This document shows positions 8,712-18,337 of a stretch of 47,970 nt of DNA, piece after piece; the stretch's first letter is position 1, and the number at the start of each line of letters is the position of its first letter. A program made the translations under genes and the position numbers. The notes under the pieces were generated by a model. That model was not told where the DNA came from. It saw only the letters and a program-made list of their open reading frames with translations, and made no database searches. Origin of the DNA: Candidatus Woesearchaeota archaeon (GTDB lineage Archaea; Nanobdellota; Nanobdellia; Pacearchaeales; GW2011-AR1). Location: contig CAZUKQ010000002.1 in assembly GCA_964621025.1 (NCBI GenBank), forward strand, positions 101,292 through 149,261. Direction: 5' to 3'.

Positions 8712-10091
8712 CTAAGCGCTTCCGAATCTATCTTGTAATCTGACTAATTGTTCTGCACTAGGTTCTATTGTTTCATTTACTCTTGTTTCCGGACCACTGA
8801 ATGTATATCCTGGAAAAACAATTGTGTTTCTTAAATTTGAACCTGCAGGAATGATAACTTGAGGACCTATTGTTGACCCGTCAGTAATTTTAGTAGGATT
8901 TGAAACACTGGATTCTACATATGATTGGAGTGCAAGTAGTGCTCTGTCAAGAGTTGCATTTTCACCTACTATAGAATAAGGAAATAGAACTGAATTATCT
9001 ACATGAGCATTTGCCCCAATAGTTGTTTGTTTTTCTAAATCAGAATATTTTATTATGCAACCATCACCAAGTTCGCAATCTCTTCCTATGAAAACGTTTG
9101 GTCCAATTTTTAATGCTCCTGAATTTAATTTTTCTCTTAAGGTTCTTCCTCCAAGTCTAGATTTTGCATCTAATGTTTCTGCATGAATCCAAGAATTTCC
9201 TTGTAAATTTCTATATCCTCTTTCTTTTAATATTTCGTCAATGCTTCTAAATGCCCCACCCAAAGCTCTCTTTGTGGTTTCTAAATAATTAGGTAGTGTT
9301 CCAAAATCACCCCATTCTTCGATGGATTTAACATAAATTGGAAATCCTCTATCAACTAAACCTGCCAAAAGATTTCCTGCCATGTCAAAGTTTTTAAGAT
9401 TTTTTCTTCCTTCAATAATCCATTGCTCTGTTTGAGCTAATTCTTCTAATTTTCTATTGTTTAGTATGTAACCGGCAGTATTTACATGAACTCTTCTATC
9501 ATTCAATTCGGAAACGCTCTGAAACCCTAAGGCTTTCATGACTTCTTCTTCATTTTTTGGTTTTTCCACTAATTTTTTTACTCGGCCATTTTCGTCAACA
9601 TCAATTAAACCGTAAGTATTTATTGTGTCTCTTGGTTTCATAGGGATTGTTAAAACAGTTACAACTGCATTGTTATCTCTGTGTCTTTGTAATGCTTGGT
9701 CTAAATCAAATTCGAAAAGATTATCATTTGATAAAACTAAACTATCTCCTGGTAAATTGTTTCTAAAAATATTTGTTAAAAGGGCATCTCCGCTCCCCTT
9801 ATTTGTAAAATCATCTAGTGGATGAGAGTATCTTATTCTTATTCCAAATCTGTCTTTTCCGTCACTGAATCTAGTTGCTAATTGGTCTCTATTTTCTAAA
9901 TCTTTAGCTACAATATATGCTTTTTCTATCCCCCATCTTTTTGCTTGTTCCATTTGAACTTCTGAAATTGGTAAACCCATTACTCTCATCATTCCTTTTG
10001 GGATCATTGTCGTTGCAGAGTAAAGACTAAGTGGTCTTGCTCTTGTTCCTCCTCCAGCAGAGGTCTGTACCAAAGATAACTCTCTTTCCAT
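8712..10091 (-). CDS. Sugar-phosphate nucleotidyltransferase with C-terminal left-handed beta-helix domain
   Basis: SAGGGTRARPLS pyrophosphorylase signature. Hexapeptide-like IGPNVFIGRDCELGDGCII. Confidence 0.8.
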   Translation of the reverse strand: MERELSLVQTSAGGGTRARPLSLYSATTMIPKGMMRVMGLPISEVQMEQAKRWGIEKAYIVAKDLENRDQLATRFSDGKDRFGIRIRYSHPLDDFTNKGSGDALLTNIFRNNLPGDSLVLSNDNLFEFDLDQALQRHRDNNAVVTVLTIPMKPRDTINTYGLIDVDENGRVKKLVEKPKNEEEVMKALGFQSVSELNDRRVHVNTAGYILNNRKLEELAQTEQWIIEGRKNLKNFDMAGNLLAGLVDRGFPIYVKSIEEWGDFGTLPNYLETTKRALGGAFRSIDEILKERGYRNLQGNSWIHAETLDAKSRLGGRTLREKLNSGALKIGPNVFIGRDCELGDGCIIKYSDLEKQTTIGANAHVDNSVLFPYSIVGENATLDRALLALQSYVESSVSNPTKITDGSTIGPQVIIPAGSNLRNTIVFPGYTFSGPETRVNETIEPSAEQLVRLQDRFGSA

Positions 10092-10218
10092 AAGGTCTTA
10101 TCATCAAAAAATCATTTTTAAAGCTTTCTGTATGTTGTTCTTAAATAAGAGTAACTTTTTTCTAATTATTAAAAATAATTAACCAAAACCTTAAATAATA
10201 AATTTTCTAGAACAATAT

Positions 10219-11661
10219 ATGACAAAAGAGACACAAGAGGGGTTGACTGTGAAGAAAGAGGAAAATTTTACTGAATGGTTTACACAGCTTATGTTGAAGG
10301 CTGAAGTCGCCGATTATTCTTCTGTTTCGGGTTGTATCGTTTATCGTCCTCTGGGTTTCGCTTTGTGGGAAAAAATTAGAGAAGAAACTGACAAAGAATT
10401 CAAAAAACTTGGTGTAAAAAATACCTATTTTCCATTGTTTATTCCAGAGAGTTTATTTGCAAAGGAAGGAGAATTTGTAAAAGGTTTTGCGCCTGAAGTC
10501 GCATGGGTTACACACGGTGGAAATACAAAACTTGGCGAAAGATTAGCAGTTAGACCAACTTCCGAGGCTATAATGTATGAATCTTATTCCAAATGGATTA
10601 GAAGCTGGAGAGATTTGCCTTTATGTTTGAACCAGTGGAATAATGTTGTGCGATGGGAATTCAATAATCCTGTCCCATTTTTCAGAGGTAGAGAATTTTT
10701 ATGGAATGAACTACATAGTGTTTTCGCTTCGGAGAAAGAAGCAGTGGACCACGGAAAGAAAGTTATGAAAGCTTACGATAAAATTACAAAAGATTTTATG
10801 GCTGTCCCAGCAATTTATGGTAGAAAAACAAATAGTGAAAAATTTGCTGGCGGAGTTTTCTCTGAAAAGAATCATACCTACTTACCTAACGGAAGAGTTT
10901 TGGAAGGAACATGTTTTCACCACGACGGGCAAAATTTCTCTAAGGCTTACGGAATAAAATTCCAAGACAAAGATGGAAAAGAAGATTTTGCTTGGCAGAA
11001 TACACATGCAATTTCAACAAGAATGCTTGGTGGAATGTTGGCTCTGCATTCCGACAATAAGGGTTTAGTGATTCCTCCTAAGATGGCACCTAATCAAGTT
11101 GTAATTGTTCCACTTTTATTTAAGGGAAAAGAAGAAAAAGTTTTGGAAAAGGCACAAGAAATGTTTATGGAATTGAAAAAATATGAGCCAATGCTCGACG
11201 ATAGAACTGAAGTTTCTGCTGGTTGGAAATTTAACGAGTGGGAATTGAAAGGAGTTCCAATAAGAATCGAAGTTGGACCAAAAGATATTGAAAATAAATC
11301 TGTTGTTGTAAAAGTTAGAATTGAAGATGAAAAAAGGATTGTAAAAATGAAAGATTTGAAAGAGGAAGTTTCAAAATTATTGGATGAGATGCAAGAAAAA
11401 TTATTGAAAGATGCTAGCAAGATTCTTTATGATAGCTTGGTTGAAACTGAAGATGAAAAAGAATTTATTAAATTAATTAAAGACAAAAAAGTCGTTGCTG
11501 TTCCTTTCTGTAAGTCAGAAAGTTGCGAAGAAAAAACAAAAACAGATTTGGGCGGAGCAAAAGCTCTTTGGATTAACGAACAAAAATCTGCGAAAGGACA
11601 CAAATGTATTTCTTGTGGAAAGGCTGCAGACTATTGGTTGTTCTTTGGGAAAACATACTAA
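10219..11661 (+). CDS. proS: Proline--tRNA ligase (archaeal/eukaryal type)
   Basis: RPTSEAIMY, class II core, C-terminal Cys-containing domain ending in Tyr (CISCGK...FGKTY). Confidence 0.95.
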   Translation: MTKETQEGLTVKKEENFTEWFTQLMLKAEVADYSSVSGCIVYRPLGFALWEKIREETDKEFKKLGVKNTYFPLFIPESLFAKEGEFVKGFAPEVAWVTHGGNTKLGERLAVRPTSEAIMYESYSKWIRSWRDLPLCLNQWNNVVRWEFNNPVPFFRGREFLWNELHSVFASEKEAVDHGKKVMKAYDKITKDFMAVPAIYGRKTNSEKFAGGVFSEKNHTYLPNGRVLEGTCFHHDGQNFSKAYGIKFQDKDGKEDFAWQNTHAISTRMLGGMLALHSDNKGLVIPPKMAPNQVVIVPLLFKGKEEKVLEKAQEMFMELKKYEPMLDDRTEVSAGWKFNEWELKGVPIRIEVGPKDIENKSVVVKVRIEDEKRIVKMKDLKEEVSKLLDEMQEKLLKDASKILYDSLVETEDEKEFIKLIKDKKVVAVPFCKSESCEEKTKTDLGGAKALWINEQKSAKGHKCISCGKAADYWLFFGKTY

Positions 11662-11662
11662 C

Positions 11663-12151
11663 ATGAAAATTTCTGAATTATTTAAACGGCTTGAAAAAGA
11701 AGATTTCTACCAAGATTTTAAGAAAGAAAATCCTTCGAGTTATTTTTCTACAATGTTGTGTATTCTAACTAAGAATGAAAATGAAGGCGATAAAATTCAG
11801 GTTGATTTTTTTATGCCAGACAAGAAACAGATTGCAATCTCTGAATATCCATTTATTTGTATGACCTATCCAGAAGAAAAAATTGAATCAATGACTAAAC
11901 TAGACGAAAATTCTTCTTTTGATTTGACTGATTTGTGGGATCTTGTGGAAAAAGCAAAAACCAAGAATAATGTTGTTCATAGCACTAACAAGATAATTGG
12001 TGTTTTTAACGACGACAAATGGACTTTAACTTGTTTAGACAACATGCTTGGAATGGTAAAAATCCTTGTTAGTGCTAAAGGTGAAATTACAAAAATAGAA
12101 AAGTCTAGTTTGAGCGATATGATGAAGATTAAGAAAGCTTCTGACCTATAA
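11663..12151 (+). CDS. Hypothetical protein (162 aa)
   Basis: Internal ATG 2 nt after the proS stop. The upstream part of the track ORF overlaps proS. Confidence 0.5.
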   Translation: MKISELFKRLEKEDFYQDFKKENPSSYFSTMLCILTKNENEGDKIQVDFFMPDKKQIAISEYPFICMTYPEEKIESMTKLDENSSFDLTDLWDLVEKAKTKNNVVHSTNKIIGVFNDDKWTLTCLDNMLGMVKILVSAKGEITKIEKSSLSDMMKIKKASDL

Positions 12152-12722
12152 TATTAAGATTTTTATCTTCCCAAACTTTTTTTATTTTAAATCCGGATTT
12201 CTTAAGCTGATTTTCTAGTTCTTCTTTATTATAAATGTAGGTATACCTTTTATATTTTTTCTCACCAACTGTCCAAGGTATGAAAGTTTCTTTTGGTTTG
12301 TTTTTTATTCTTGGTTCGTTCTTTCCCCAGACAGTAATTAGTACTTCTGCGTTTGGTTTTAGGATTCTATAAACTTCTTTGATTAAATCTTTTCTTTGTT
12401 TTTCTGATTCGACGCAATGTAAAACTGCAATACAAACTGCCGAGTCGAAAAAATTATCCTCATAGGGAATTTTTTCATTTTTCATGACTGTTAATTCTTT
12501 AGCTATTTTTGATTCTTTTGCGAATTCAATCATTTTTTCAGAAAAATCAGTTCCGTAAATCTCAAGGCCTTCTTTTTTGTAAAAGTTTCTACCAGACCCA
12601 CAGCCAATATCAATAAGTTTTCCTTCTTGTTTTTTTATAAATTCTAAATCTTGTTCAAAAGGAACTTTCCGCATCTCTTCCCATTTCTGTGCAATTTTGT
12701 TCCAGACTGTCTTTTGATTCAT
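12129..12722 (-). CDS. Class I SAM-dependent methyltransferase
   Basis: Motif I LIDIGCGSGRN; methyltransferase-like size and acidic motif II region. Confidence 0.8.
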   Translation of the reverse strand: MNQKTVWNKIAQKWEEMRKVPFEQDLEFIKKQEGKLIDIGCGSGRNFYKKEGLEIYGTDFSEKMIEFAKESKIAKELTVMKNEKIPYEDNFFDSAVCIAVLHCVESEKQRKDLIKEVYRILKPNAEVLITVWGKNEPRIKNKPKETFIPWTVGEKKYKRYTYIYNKEELENQLKKSGFKIKKVWEDKNLNIIGQKLS

Positions 12723-12763
12723 TAAAAGACTAGTATTTTAAAGCTTAAAAGTTATTCTATTAT

Positions 12764-14122
12764 ATGCAAATTAACAGAAAACCAACTAGAACAATCTCTG
12801 GTGTTGCACCTCTGGCAGTTATGCTTCCGCCTAGAGAATGTAAACACGGGGCTTGTATTTATTGTCCTACTTTGAATGCTCCGCAGAGTTATACTCCTGA
12901 AAGTCCTGCTGTTTTACGAGCAGCTAAGTTGAATTATGATGCGAAGAAACAAGTTACAACTCGATTAGAAGGTTTTGAGTCCATGGGGCATCCGACCGAT
13001 AAGATTGAGCTAATAATTATGGGTGGAACTTTCTTGCAATATCCTAGAAGATTTCAATTTCAATTTGTAAAAGAATGCTATGATGCGTTGAATGGGAAAA
13101 AATCACGAGGATTGGATGAAGCGAAGAGAATTAATGAAACTTCTAAACATAGATGTGTTGCTTTATGTATTGAAACAAGACCTGACTGGTGTTCTGATAA
13201 ACAAATTGAAGACATGTTAGAATTTGGCGCTACAAGAGTTGAGTTAGGTGTTCAAATTGTCGACGATAAAATCTATAAAAAAGTAAATAGGGGACATACT
13301 GTGAAAGATGTCGCAGATGCAACTAAAAGATTGAAAGAAGCAGGTTTCAAAATAGGTTACCATCTAATGCCGGGCTTGCCAGGAAGCAATTTGAAAAAAG
13401 ATTTACGAATGTTTAAGAAAATATTCAATAGTTCCAAATTCAAACCCGACCAAATTAAAATTTATCCTTGTCAAGTTTTGAAAGGTTCGGCTTTGGAAAA
13501 ATGGTACTATGAAGGAAGATACAAGCCGTATAATAAAGAAGAAGTCGCTAAGTTAATTATTGAAATGTTGAAAGTCGTTCCAAGGTACTGCCGGGCAATG
13601 AGAATTATGAGAGAGATTCCGCCAGCATTTTTGGTCGCAGGTATTTTGAATATTGATTTGCGAAAAGATATAGAAGGGGAAATAAGAAAAAGAGGATTGA
13701 AGATTAAAGAAATTAGATTTAGAGAAATTGGTTTTGCATTGAGGGATAAAAGAGAAATCAAAGTTGGAACTAAAATAAAGAAAACAGAATACAAAGCGAG
13801 TGGAGGAAAAGAAATATTTTTAGAGGCTGTTAATGAAGACGATTTATTATTTGGTTTATTGAGATTAAGACTTGACAAAAAAGATTCGGCGATGGTGAGA
13901 GAGGTTCATGTTTATGGCCCTGCTTTGGAATTGGGCGAACAGGGAAAAATTTCACAGCATAAAGGTTTAGGAAAAGAATTAATGGCCATGGCTGAAAGCT
14001 TGGCGAATAAGAACAAAAAAAAGAAAGTCCAAGTTATTTCGGGTGTTGGAGTTAGAGAATATTACAAATCTCTTGGTTATGCCTTGGACAAGAAGAAAGT
14101 TTACATGGAGAAGAATTTATAA
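12764..14122 (+). CDS. elp3: Elp3-type radical SAM/GNAT tRNA modification enzyme
   Basis: KPTRTISGVAPLAVM, Cys cluster CKHGACIYC, C-terminal GNAT motif QHKGLGKELM. Confidence 0.9.
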   Translation: MQINRKPTRTISGVAPLAVMLPPRECKHGACIYCPTLNAPQSYTPESPAVLRAAKLNYDAKKQVTTRLEGFESMGHPTDKIELIIMGGTFLQYPRRFQFQFVKECYDALNGKKSRGLDEAKRINETSKHRCVALCIETRPDWCSDKQIEDMLEFGATRVELGVQIVDDKIYKKVNRGHTVKDVADATKRLKEAGFKIGYHLMPGLPGSNLKKDLRMFKKIFNSSKFKPDQIKIYPCQVLKGSALEKWYYEGRYKPYNKEEVAKLIIEMLKVVPRYCRAMRIMREIPPAFLVAGILNIDLRKDIEGEIRKRGLKIKEIRFREIGFALRDKREIKVGTKIKKTEYKASGGKEIFLEAVNEDDLLFGLLRLRLDKKDSAMVREVHVYGPALELGEQGKISQHKGLGKELMAMAESLANKNKKKKVQVISGVGVREYYKSLGYALDKKKVYMEKNL

Positions 14123-14144
14123 ATCTGAAATGCGAGAATAAATC

Positions 14145-16898
14145 ATGAAAAGAGGTGTATTTACAGTCCTATTTGTATTTGTGTTCTCTCTTAGTTTTTG
14201 TCTAGCTACAAATGTTACAGTATATAATAGTAGTCTGGTTAATACAAATTATACTACTGGCTCAATTATATCTGGCTTTCTAAATTTCAGTTTGAAAAAT
14301 GTTCCAGCAAACGCAATAATCACTTCAAATCTTGGGGGAAATATGAGTCTAAAAGAATTTATGGCAGCCAACAATCAGCCTCTTTCTTGTGCAACTTTTG
14401 GATGTAATGATGTTTATGCTGTTGCCTCCAGTGCAGCTTCCTCTAAATCTTTCGCTTATCCATCACAAAACGTATTTGGTTTTAAAATAGACAGTGGAAC
14501 AAATATTCAAGTTACCAGTATAAATTTCAGTTTGGATTCAGATTTTTCCTTATCAGATAGGTTACCATTAGAACTTAATTTTTTCGAGAACTATAACTGG
14601 TTCTTTGACGAACCTTCTCTACAGTATGATAGACTTTTAGAAAGTCAAAGTTATGGCTGTTACGATGTTTCCGCACCTAAAATAATGGACTCTGAAGTAG
14701 GTTCAACAAGATATTGTGAAAAGATCGAATCTTTACCATCGTCAAGAGCCTACATGGTTGGTGCGAATCTTGTTGGAACTGGGACTAGGATTATGACTAT
14801 GACATTAAGAACAGAGAGTGATATATACGGTGAAGAGTGTACCTATGATGCGAGTAAGACCAATAACTGTACTATAACTCTAGAAGAATCTCTTTCTGCA
14901 GGAAACTATTATGTATGTATAACTGCCGAAGAAAATAATCTCAATAATGAATATCTTCTTCCAAAAGAAAATACTGGGAAAAATTGTGGATTTTATGATG
15001 CTCCTGCAAATATCGGTGGATCGGATTATTCTATTTTTGTTAAATTGCCAAAATATGCTTCTTCTTTTACGTTGAACAGTCAGGGCATATCTGAAGATGA
15101 ATTTACTAAAATGGTTTCTGCAGCAAATACTTACCTAACTGATATGTATGGTAAAGACTGCTCTAATGGTTGCGTATTACCTGTTAAAATTTCAGGAGTA
15201 AATCAGAACTTGCAAGTTTCAGCTATAAAACTAAAATATAGTGCCGGTGGTACGGAAGGAGGAAATAAATTTGTTACAAATGTTTATTCACTTGCTGCAA
15301 CTCCTTTCTTAGTTTCTGTCGAAAATAAAAATGTCGATTTGTCAAAACTAGGATTTGAATTAAATTCTTCAGGAACAAAAACATTAGTTCTTTCTATTGA
15401 TGGAACAAAAATTCTTGAAAAACAAATAACAGTATTATTAGCTGCAAATATTCAATCCTTGCAACCATTAAATCCTCCGGCAGGAATTCCTACAGAGTTT
15501 ACTCTAAATGTTAGTTCTTCGTCAAATATAACAAGTTACGAATGGAACTTTGGCGACGGGACTAGTCTTGTTAAAACTTTAGTAAATCATGTTTCTCATA
15601 CTTATGTGAATAAAACATTTTATACAGTTCAAGTTGGTGTGACCGATATTACTGGCGTAACTGCTCGTAAAAACTTTACAGTTATCTCTGGAAGTCCTGC
15701 AGAAGTTATCAATCTAACTATTGCGGCTAAAAAAATAAGATTACAGAACGTTGCAGACAGTTTGAAGAGTTATCCAACTTGGCAAGCAGACTATATTCGA
15801 AATTTATTAAAATTAGATAGTATCATGACTGAATTGAATTTACTAGAGAATAAAAGAAAATTGATTTCTACAGACAGTGAATTTATCAAATTAGCTTTGG
15901 AATTAAACAACTTTACTGTTCCTCAAGGAATTTTTATGGTTAATGAAATGCCAACACCTTTCTTAGTTAATTCCGCAGATGTTGATCCTACACCTTTGAA
16001 AAAAATTGGTGGAGGGGTTGGAGAAGATGACCTTTCAGGATATAAGGAAGGAATTTCGCAGTGGGAAAGAGAAAATATTCAAGGCATTATCGTTATTAAG
16101 AGATTTGATGTTTTAGGTGACAATGATCAGTCAGTTTTTCTTATGAATTCATATTCTGTAAACTTAAATTCTATTTCCTCTGAAGAAAGTTATTTTATAA
16201 TTAATCAAGGAGCTGATAGCATTACTGGTGATGGCACTTTTGATTTGAAAGAAACAGACGGATTTGCTTATTTAACTATAGAAGGCGAAGCAAAAAAAAC
16301 TTTTAATTTTGTTTCTTCCAGTGAAGATTTAGTATTTTACGTTTCCCCCGTTGTTTCTGAACTTCCTTACGAAGCTCCACTAGGCGTTTGTAATTTTAAT
16401 ACTGTTTGTGAACCTAAGTTAAAAGAAAACTATCTAAATTGCCGTTCTGACTGTAAGCCTGTCGGGAAAACAGTTTATTGGATATTCTTAGTAATTTTAG
16501 CAGGTTTAGTTTTGTATACTCTCTTACAAGAGTGGTACAAGAGAAATTATGAAAAAATATTATTTGAGGATAGAGCACACTTATTTAATTTAGTGAGTTA
16601 TATTGATAACATGTCTAGTAGAGGTATTGTAGAAGGTGAAATAAGAAGAAAACTTGCTGAGCAGGGCTGGACATTAGAAAAAATTAATTATGCTTTCAAA
16701 AAATCGAAGGGACAAAAATTAGGAATGTATGAATTAATTCCTGTTGAAAAGATTTTTTCTTTATTAAGACAGAACCAATCTAAAAAACAAGTTAAAGCTA
16801 ATCCTACTTTGATGCCTATGACCCCTAAGATGGTTATTCCACAGAACACAAATATTAATAAAGCTCAAAATCCAAACCAAAATATAAAAAGATGGTAA
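14145..16898 (+). CDS. Large secreted/anchored surface protein with PKD domain, C-terminal TM and cytoplasmic tail
   Basis: Signal peptide MKRGVFTVLFVFVFSLSFCLA, PKD signature YEWNFGDGT, many N-x-S/T sequons, TM VYWIFLVILAGLVLYTLL. Confidence 0.8.
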   Translation: MKRGVFTVLFVFVFSLSFCLATNVTVYNSSLVNTNYTTGSIISGFLNFSLKNVPANAIITSNLGGNMSLKEFMAANNQPLSCATFGCNDVYAVASSAASSKSFAYPSQNVFGFKIDSGTNIQVTSINFSLDSDFSLSDRLPLELNFFENYNWFFDEPSLQYDRLLESQSYGCYDVSAPKIMDSEVGSTRYCEKIESLPSSRAYMVGANLVGTGTRIMTMTLRTESDIYGEECTYDASKTNNCTITLEESLSAGNYYVCITAEENNLNNEYLLPKENTGKNCGFYDAPANIGGSDYSIFVKLPKYASSFTLNSQGISEDEFTKMVSAANTYLTDMYGKDCSNGCVLPVKISGVNQNLQVSAIKLKYSAGGTEGGNKFVTNVYSLAATPFLVSVENKNVDLSKLGFELNSSGTKTLVLSIDGTKILEKQITVLLAANIQSLQPLNPPAGIPTEFTLNVSSSSNITSYEWNFGDGTSLVKTLVNHVSHTYVNKTFYTVQVGVTDITGVTARKNFTVISGSPAEVINLTIAAKKIRLQNVADSLKSYPTWQADYIRNLLKLDSIMTELNLLENKRKLISTDSEFIKLALELNNFTVPQGIFMVNEMPTPFLVNSADVDPTPLKKIGGGVGEDDLSGYKEGISQWERENIQGIIVIKRFDVLGDNDQSVFLMNSYSVNLNSISSEESYFIINQGADSITGDGTFDLKETDGFAYLTIEGEAKKTFNFVSSSEDLVFYVSPVVSELPYEAPLGVCNFNTVCEPKLKENYLNCRSDCKPVGKTVYWIFLVILAGLVLYTLLQEWYKRNYEKILFEDRAHLFNLVSYIDNMSSRGIVEGEIRRKLAEQGWTLEKINYAFKKSKGQKLGMYELIPVEKIFSLLRQNQSKKQVKANPTLMPMTPKMVIPQNTNINKAQNPNQNIKRW

Positions 16899-17560
16899 AT
16901 AAAGAAGAAGATAAATCGACGGTGATGAATGCAATTAAGAAGTTTACTAAGAAAATTTTTGGAAATTTGTTAAAGAAAAAAGGCGAAGTTAAATTAGGTT
17001 TATACGGTTCTCCGAATGCAGGTAAGACTTCTTTGGCTAATCGAGTTTGCCAGGATTGGTTGGGTGAAGATTTAGGAACAGTCAGTAAAGTCCCTCATGA
17101 GACTCGAGAAGTTCAGTTTAAAGAAAAAGTTTACATTGAGAAAGACGGAAGAAAAGTTGAGTTCAAACTTATTGATACGCCAGGTATCGCAACTAAAATT
17201 GATTTTGAAGACTTCCTAAAGTTTGGTTTGAAGAAAAAGGAAGCACAGGAAAGAGCAAAAGAAGCAACACAGGGAATTATTGAATCTATAAAGTGGTTAG
17301 ATGATGTTGATGTGGTTGTAGTTGTTTTGGACGCAAGTATTAATCCTTATTCGCAAGTTAATATTACAATTATTGGAAACTTGGTTGCGAGAAAAATTCC
17401 GGTTTTAATCGTCGCTAACAAGATAGACTTGAAGAAAGCAGATATTAAAAAAGTAAAAGGAGCTTTTCCAGAATACGAAGTTGTTGGAATTTCGGCTAGA
17501 ACTGGTGAGGGAATGGAGGATTTCTACTCATCTCTTTTCAAATTAATAAAAAAGAAATAA
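16892..17560 (+). CDS. Small GTP-binding protein (OapA-like archaeal GTPase)
   Basis: G1 GSPNAGKTS, G3 DTPG, G4 NKID. Overlaps the upstream stop by 7 nt. Confidence 0.85.
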   Translation: MVNKEEDKSTVMNAIKKFTKKIFGNLLKKKGEVKLGLYGSPNAGKTSLANRVCQDWLGEDLGTVSKVPHETREVQFKEKVYIEKDGRKVEFKLIDTPGIATKIDFEDFLKFGLKKKEAQERAKEATQGIIESIKWLDDVDVVVVVLDASINPYSQVNITIIGNLVARKIPVLIVANKIDLKKADIKKVKGAFPEYEVVGISARTGEGMEDFYSSLFKLIKKK

Positions 17561-17561
17561 A

Positions 17562-17978
17562 ATGGCAAAGAAAACACAAAAAATTGATAAGAAAAATTCT
17601 AAAGATTTGACTATTCATTTTATGCCGTACTCTGAGATTGCGAAAGAAGACACAATTCATAGAATTAAGAAAATTTTGGGTTTGATTTTAGATAATAAGC
17701 TTATCATTTTACAAGGTAGATTGAAACCTGAAGAAGAAAGTAAGCTAATTGAAACTACTATGACTTTAATTGGCAATGTTAAGGGCTTTCAGGGCGTTGA
17801 AATTTCTACTCTTTCTGGAGACTCTGAAAATAAAAATTTATTTGACAGAGTAAGACATAATATTGCTAAAATACTCGTTGGTGAGCAAGATGCAATTACT
17901 TTAATTGGTCCAGCTTCACTTGTTAAGGAAATTAAGAAAGACCCTAAGAAGATCGAATTGATGTTGGAAAGAAAGTAA
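17562..17978 (+). CDS. DUF2073/OapB-like protein
   Basis: LIILQGRLKPEEESKLIETTM matches my recollection of the archaeal DUF2073 core. Starts 2 nt after the GTPase gene. Confidence 0.55.
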   Translation: MAKKTQKIDKKNSKDLTIHFMPYSEIAKEDTIHRIKKILGLILDNKLIILQGRLKPEEESKLIETTMTLIGNVKGFQGVEISTLSGDSENKNLFDRVRHNIAKILVGEQDAITLIGPASLVKEIKKDPKKIELMLERK

Positions 17979-18025
17979 TTTTTTAGTATCTATAATTTTA
18001 TAAAGGCTTTTTTTCTGAGAAGTTT

Positions 18026-18337
18026 ATGAAGAAGATAAAAACATTAGGTGCTATTTTGGCTATTGGAAGTTTGGCCCTTGGTGAAAGCGACGAATCTTTG
18101 ATTAAGAGTGTTGAATTTGTTGATTATAATAAACAAGGCGTTATTATTCCTTCTGTAAAAGTAACTGCAGATTTATCTGCTTTATCTGTTTCTACTAACC
18201 AATATGTCTTTGAATACTCTACTAACCTTGTAGATTGGGTTAGCGATAGCCAAACAATAACAACTTCTTCTCTTAGCAGAACTTTTCAAAATAGGCCTTC
18301 AGTAGGTTATTATAAACTAAAAAGGGTGAATTATTAA
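18026..18337 (+). CDS. Small secreted protein (103 aa)
   Basis: Signal-peptide-like MKKIKTLGAILAIGSLALG. TTTATAAA centred 25.5 nt upstream. The stop overlaps the next ATG (TAATG). Confidence 0.55.
   Translation: MKKIKTLGAILAIGSLALGESDESLIKSVEFVDYNKQGVIIPSVKVTADLSALSVSTNQYVFEYSTNLVDWVSDSQTITTSSLSRTFQNRPSVGYYKLKRVNY

Noticed and set aside
11495-11662. Upstream extension of the 218-aa track ORF into proS
   Set aside because: The extension lies entirely within the conserved C-terminal domain of ProRS in another frame. The ATG at 11663, directly after the proS stop, is the sensible start.
13507-13878. 123-aa minus-strand ORF inside elp3
   Set aside because: It is an antisense shadow in an AT-rich gene. 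The plus frame carries the Elp3 motifs.
16892-17978. Replication origin next to the Oap-like genes
   Set aside because: Oap genes were named for origin adjacency in haloarchaea. I saw no cdc6/orc1 gene, no ORB-like repeated elements and no extended AT-rich non-coding stretch nearby.
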